A stretch of DNA of 64,000 nucleotides from Anaerolineae bacterium. Its GTDB lineage: Bacteria; Chloroflexota; Anaerolineae; Anaerolineales; E44-bin32. A model generated the notes under the pieces. It worked only from the letters and a program-made list of their open reading frames with translations. It was not told the origin of the DNA and ran no database searches. Both the position numbers and the translations under genes were made by a program. Positions 60,426 to 64,000 of this stretch are shown here, in pieces. The number at the start of each line of letters is the position of its first letter. Within the stretch, counting starts at the first letter, position 1. The DNA lies in NCBI GenBank assembly GCA_011192015.1, contig DUET01000085.1, positions 20,648-84,647 of the forward strand, in the 5' to 3' direction.

Positions 60426-62342
60426 ATGGTCAAACGTACAAGCTATCAAACCGGCTCGGAGGAGATCCCCCTTCTCTGTGAGCTTGCCGGCGACAGCGCC
60501 CACTTGATTCGAGCTCGCTGGGTTGCTGGCGCGTTGGTCTTGCTTGCCACAGTCCTCTCTGTGCGCGTATTGAGCCTTCCCCTGGCGGAGGGCTCTTTCT
60601 ATCTGCTTGGGGGGTTCATCCTGCTTTACAATACCGCCCTTGCCCTCTATACCAGGCGTTACAACATACCCGATGCGGCGCAATGTCTCGCACGCACCCA
60701 GAAAATCATCCTCGTCCAGGTCGCGTTGGACTGGTTGAGCATGGCGGTCTTTCTGCATCTGACAGGGGGCATTTGCAGCCCGGCCAAACCTCTCCTTCTG
60801 ATTCATGTGCTGGTCATCGCCATCCTGATGTCGCGCCAGATCACGTTGCTCTTCGTTCTCCTGGATGTCGGCACGCTCACGGTGATTGCCTATCTGGAGC
60901 ATGCCGAACTGCTGCCTCATCACTGCGTCACACCTGCCTTCCCCTCGGGGATGTACAGCGATCCGGTCTATGTGGGATCGAGATTGGCCTTCATCGCCTT
61001 GGCAGCCTTTGCCATAGGCTATCTGACCACCACGATCATGAACCGTCAGCGGCAACGCGATCATCGCATTGCGCATTTGTTACTGACCACTCAAGCCGTC
61101 TCCTCCACCCTGAAATTACCCAACTTGCTCGGTGATCTGGTACGCTGCGCGGCGGAGGCACTCTCGGTACGAGGTGCATCCATCCGCCTGATCGATGAGA
61201 GCAGCGGACGGCTTGTGTTCTCCGCATCTCATGGTTTGAGCCAGGCTTATCGCGATGACGGTGGTCCGGAGTTGTCGGTGGAGGTCTTCGAGAGGGTGGT
61301 GCTTTCCGAACCCCCGTTGATCATCCACGATGTGAGCCAGGATTCGCGTCTCCGGCATCCGCAAGCGATGATGCGGGAAGGAATCCGCAGTATGGTTTCC
61401 GCGCCCATTCTCAGCCGTGGTCGCCCCCTGGGCATCCTTAATGTCTATGCCAGCGAAGCGTATGCTTTCCAGGCCGCGCATGCGGATTTCATCATGAAGA
61501 TCGCATATCTCGGCGCCACGGCCATCGAGAACGCCTTGAGTTACGAGCGTTTGGAGAGCGCCGGGCAGGAACGAGGTATGTTTGTGCGCATGGTCACGCA
61601 TGAATTACGTACGCCGGTCGCTGGCGCTCAAAGCTTGGTGAGAACCATGCTGCGAGGCCTGGTCGGAGATTTCACGGAGAAACAGAGCGAATTGCTCCAT
61701 CGTGTGGACGTGCGGCTCGAACAACTCATGGATCTCATCAACGATTTACTGGCTCTGGCCGCAGGCAGGATGGGAGGTTTGGAGAGGCAGCTAAAGCCGG
61801 TGCCGTTGCTCGCGTGTATCGAGCAGTCTGTCCAACGGTTGAACCAAGAGGCGGAAAGCAAGCATGTCGAGATCACGCTGAAAGATCCCCGAAGCGAACT
61901 CCACATCCTGGCGACGGAAGACGGCCTGGGCAAAGTGCTGGGCAACCTGGTCGGCAATGCCATCAAGTATGTGCAGGCCGGGGGGCGGGTCGGTGTGGAT
62001 GTGAAACAGCAGGGTGATCTGGTTCAGATTTTGATCTCGGATAATGGCATAGGCATCCCGGCGGATGAGCTACCCCATATCTGGGATGAATTCTATCGAG
62101 GGCGCAATGCCCGCAATGCCGGGATCACAGGAACAGGTTTGGGGTTGAGTATCGTCAAGCATTTCGTGGAACGTTTCGGTGGTTTGATCCAGGTGGAAAG
62201 CAAGGAGGGCAAGGGCTCCACCTTCACCCTGATGTTGCCGCTCTGCGATCCATCTTCCCTATCCGGACCTGATTCTCCAACTTGTCCTGAGGAAGCGTCG
62301 GCTGATCCAGAGGGCATTGTCAGCCACAACGCCGCGACATAG
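60426..62342 (+). CDS. Membrane-anchored GAF-domain sensor histidine kinase
   Basis: 638 aa. About 6 N-terminal hydrophobic helices, a GAF-like region (ASIRLIDESSGRL..RSMVSAPILSRGRPLGILNVY), THELRTPV (H-box), and GTGLGLSIVKHFVERFGG. Confidence 0.9.
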   Translation: MVKRTSYQTGSEEIPLLCELAGDSAHLIRARWVAGALVLLATVLSVRVLSLPLAEGSFYLLGGFILLYNTALALYTRRYNIPDAAQCLARTQKIILVQVALDWLSMAVFLHLTGGICSPAKPLLLIHVLVIAILMSRQITLLFVLLDVGTLTVIAYLEHAELLPHHCVTPAFPSGMYSDPVYVGSRLAFIALAAFAIGYLTTTIMNRQRQRDHRIAHLLLTTQAVSSTLKLPNLLGDLVRCAAEALSVRGASIRLIDESSGRLVFSASHGLSQAYRDDGGPELSVEVFERVVLSEPPLIIHDVSQDSRLRHPQAMMREGIRSMVSAPILSRGRPLGILNVYASEAYAFQAAHADFIMKIAYLGATAIENALSYERLESAGQERGMFVRMVTHELRTPVAGAQSLVRTMLRGLVGDFTEKQSELLHRVDVRLEQLMDLINDLLALAAGRMGGLERQLKPVPLLACIEQSVQRLNQEAESKHVEITLKDPRSELHILATEDGLGKVLGNLVGNAIKYVQAGGRVGVDVKQQGDLVQILISDNGIGIPADELPHIWDEFYRGRNARNAGITGTGLGLSIVKHFVERFGGLIQVESKEGKGSTFTLMLPLCDPSSLSGPDSPTCPEEASADPEGIVSHNAAT

Positions 62343-62353
62343 TCTGGTTTTCC

Positions 62354-63277
62354 TTAGCGCTCGGCCAACATCAATAGATCACTGTTCTCGGGATCATGAA
62401 CGAAACCCCAGAAAGCCTCCACCGCGCGATTGGGGGCCTGGATGTACTTGCGGATCATGTAGATCTTGCGGCGCAGATCGAATCCGTCTACCGGCACTCG
62501 GGTCACACTGCCGATTCGCAGCGCCCACTCTGCCGAACGGCGTGACACAAAGGCAATGCCGATTCCCGCCTCAACGGATTTGACAATCGCCTCGGCATTC
62601 CCCAATTCCAAGCTGATGTTCATCTCATCCAACGAGATGTCATGTTTGCCCAATTCGGCAAGCATGACTTTTCGCGTCCCCGAAGTAGGTTCTCGCAGGA
62701 TAAATGGAGCGTGCAGAAGGGCGGAGGGTTCGATGCTTTCAGATGAGGCGAAGGGATGGTTGGGGGCTGCGATGAGAATGATGTGATCTACAAAGAATTC
62801 CTGGCATTCAAGCTTGCCGCCGCAGGCGTCATAGCTGACCACGCCAATGTTGGCTTCCTCCTCCAGCAGACGAGGAACCACGTTTTCCGATGTGCAGGAC
62901 AGGACTTTGATTTGAACATCCGGATGATGTGCGCGGAAGCGACCGGCGAATTGAGGCAGGATGTACTTTCCAGCGGTTGTGCTGCAGGCGATGTGCAGCT
63001 GACCGACGATCTGCTCCTCGATGGAGGCCATCATTTCCTGAAGCTCGATGGATTCGCGCACGAGTTTCCGAGCCCAAGGCAGGAGCAGACGGCCCGCTTC
63101 TGTGAGCTGGAGTTTCTGGCCTCCACGGTCGAACAACGTCTTGTCGATATCCTGCTCCAGGGCTTTGATGTGATGGCTCACGGTGGGTTGGGTGATGTGA
63201 AGTTCCTTCGCCGCTTGAGAGAAATTCTTGCTGTCGGCGGCATGGATGAATACAGTGAGTCTCATGAGATCAAGCAT
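62354..63277 (-). CDS. LysR-family transcriptional regulator
   Basis: 307 aa. N-terminal HTH (FSQAAKELHITQPTVSHHIKALEQ) plus a LysR substrate-binding body. Confidence 0.95.
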   Translation of the reverse strand: MLDLMRLTVFIHAADSKNFSQAAKELHITQPTVSHHIKALEQDIDKTLFDRGGQKLQLTEAGRLLLPWARKLVRESIELQEMMASIEEQIVGQLHIACSTTAGKYILPQFAGRFRAHHPDVQIKVLSCTSENVVPRLLEEEANIGVVSYDACGGKLECQEFFVDHIILIAAPNHPFASSESIEPSALLHAPFILREPTSGTRKVMLAELGKHDISLDEMNISLELGNAEAIVKSVEAGIGIAFVSRRSAEWALRIGSVTRVPVDGFDLRRKIYMIRKYIQAPNRAVEAFWGFVHDPENSDLLMLAER

Positions 63278-63421
63278 TGAACCCTCTCCTCCGAAAGCAC
63301 GTCGATTTTATCATTTCGAGTATTTCCTATATAGTTCCCAGTAGAATCCACTTCTCCGCTGGCGATATGCAGACAACCGAACAATAAGGATATCCTGCTT
63401 ACCTCTTCCTCTTTCACCTAT

Positions 63422-63434
63422 TTTATATTATAAA
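63422..63434. promoter_or_regulatory. Candidate LysR box (T-N11-A with perfect dyad TTTATA-N1-TATAAA)
   Basis: TTTATATTATAAA lies in the AT-rich divergent region between lysR (start 63277) and the hdrC-like gene (start 63664). Confidence 0.35.
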
Positions 63435-63663
63435 TGACGTGAATAGGAAGGTATATATAGTATCTATGACATTCATCTCATGCGGCGGTGTGTTTTATCA
63501 CTTGGGGTTTGGTGACAGAATTCACATACTGAGCGTGGGTGAGTGTTACTCGTCGAAACGAGTATCGCGTTCGTTTCGCGTGTGAAGCGATGAGTTATTT
63601 CGGCAAGATGATCTGAGATTCGTCCAAATTGGTAGGAGACACAACGCCAAGGAGAGACGCCGG

Positions 63664-64000
63664 ATGAATGTAACAAAATCCAACCATACGTTCCTCATGC
63701 AAGTCATGGACGCAACTCTCGGCGGTGAAGCTCTTCTGACCTGTCTTCAATGTGGGTCTTGCGGGGGTTCATGCCCTTCAGGACCCGACATGGAGCATAC
63801 CCCTCGCAGGATTTTCGCCATGATTGGTGCAGGCATGCGGGATGAGGTCTTGAAGAGTAACACCCCGTGGTATTGCGTTTCATGCTATTACTGCACCGTT
63901 CGCTGTCCTAAAGAGATCCCCATCACGGATATCATGTATACGCTGAAACAAATGGCAATTGAGGCCAAATTGTATGATGATCGTGATGCGCCGGATTTCT
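63664..64000 (+). CDS. HdrC-like 2x[4Fe-4S] protein (5' part; continues beyond the window)
   Basis: Own translation from ATG 63664 (RBS AAGGAGAG): MNVTKSNHTFLMQVMDATLGGEALLTCLQCGSCGGSCPSGPDMEHTPRRIFAMIGAG...PWYCVSCYYCTVRCPKEIPITDIMYTLKQ. This is typical HdrC spacing. Confidence 0.8.
   Translation, partial: MNVTKSNHTFLMQVMDATLGGEALLTCLQCGSCGGSCPSGPDMEHTPRRIFAMIGAGMRDEVLKSNTPWYCVSCYYCTVRCPKEIPITDIMYTLKQMAIEAKLYDDRDAPDF

Noticed and set aside
63290-63530. AT-rich patch considered as the edge of a horizontally acquired island or a mobile-element remnant.
   Set aside because: There is no integrase, transposase, tRNA or flanking direct repeat. The size and position fit a divergent promoter region.
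63473-63676. 67-aa minus-strand ORF in the lysR-hdrC intergenic region.
   Set aside because: It overlaps the hdrC-like start and leader, and has no RBS or homology. It probably arises by chance.

Overview
The window is visibly GC-rich (not computed), anaerobe-type bacterial chromosomal DNA and is almost entirely coding. It forms two divergent super-clusters that meet at a ~400-bp non-coding region (33534-33937).

Minus strand (33533 down to 1):
- A complete carbonyl-branch Wood-Ljungdahl acs cluster: DUF166-like, HMA-like, acsA/cooS, acsB, acsD, acsC, RACo/acsV, an unknown repeat protein, cooC/acsF and acsE.
- A malic enzyme.
- Three paralogous HdrA-MvhD modules. Two of the HdrA genes are >1500-codon HdrL-type fusions carrying a GltD/NfnB-like NAD(P)H module. 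The middle MvhD has an in-frame TGA exactly at a conserved Cys position, which is probably selenocysteine, and a hairpin lies just downstream.
- An embedded cNMP-domain histidine kinase plus REC-REC regulator.
- metV-metF-hdrCB, which runs off the window.

Plus strand (33938 to 64000):
- An 11-gene cluster: ArsR / TusA / MvhD-like / HdrA / HdrA / wHTH / QmoC-like / DsrE / TusA / YeeE / DsrE. This is my best candidate for an undescribed system. It joins a quinone-linked HdrA complex to a persulfide relay and a thiosulfate-type importer, and no Apr, Dsr, DsrC or HdrB partner is in view.
- A histidine kinase/OmpR pair.
- An internally duplicated pentapeptide-repeat protein.
- A ~15.6-kb operon in which an Mbh/Mrp-type group 4 [NiFe] hydrogenase is translationally coupled to a group 3b (sulfhydrogenase-type) [NiFe] hydrogenase, with two maturation proteases and a REC plus GAF-kinase pair.
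- A LysR regulator divergent from an HdrC-like gene at the window edge.

I saw no rRNA, tRNA, CRISPR array, transposase or integrase. All functional calls rest on motif and family recognition by eye from the translations. No database search was possible.
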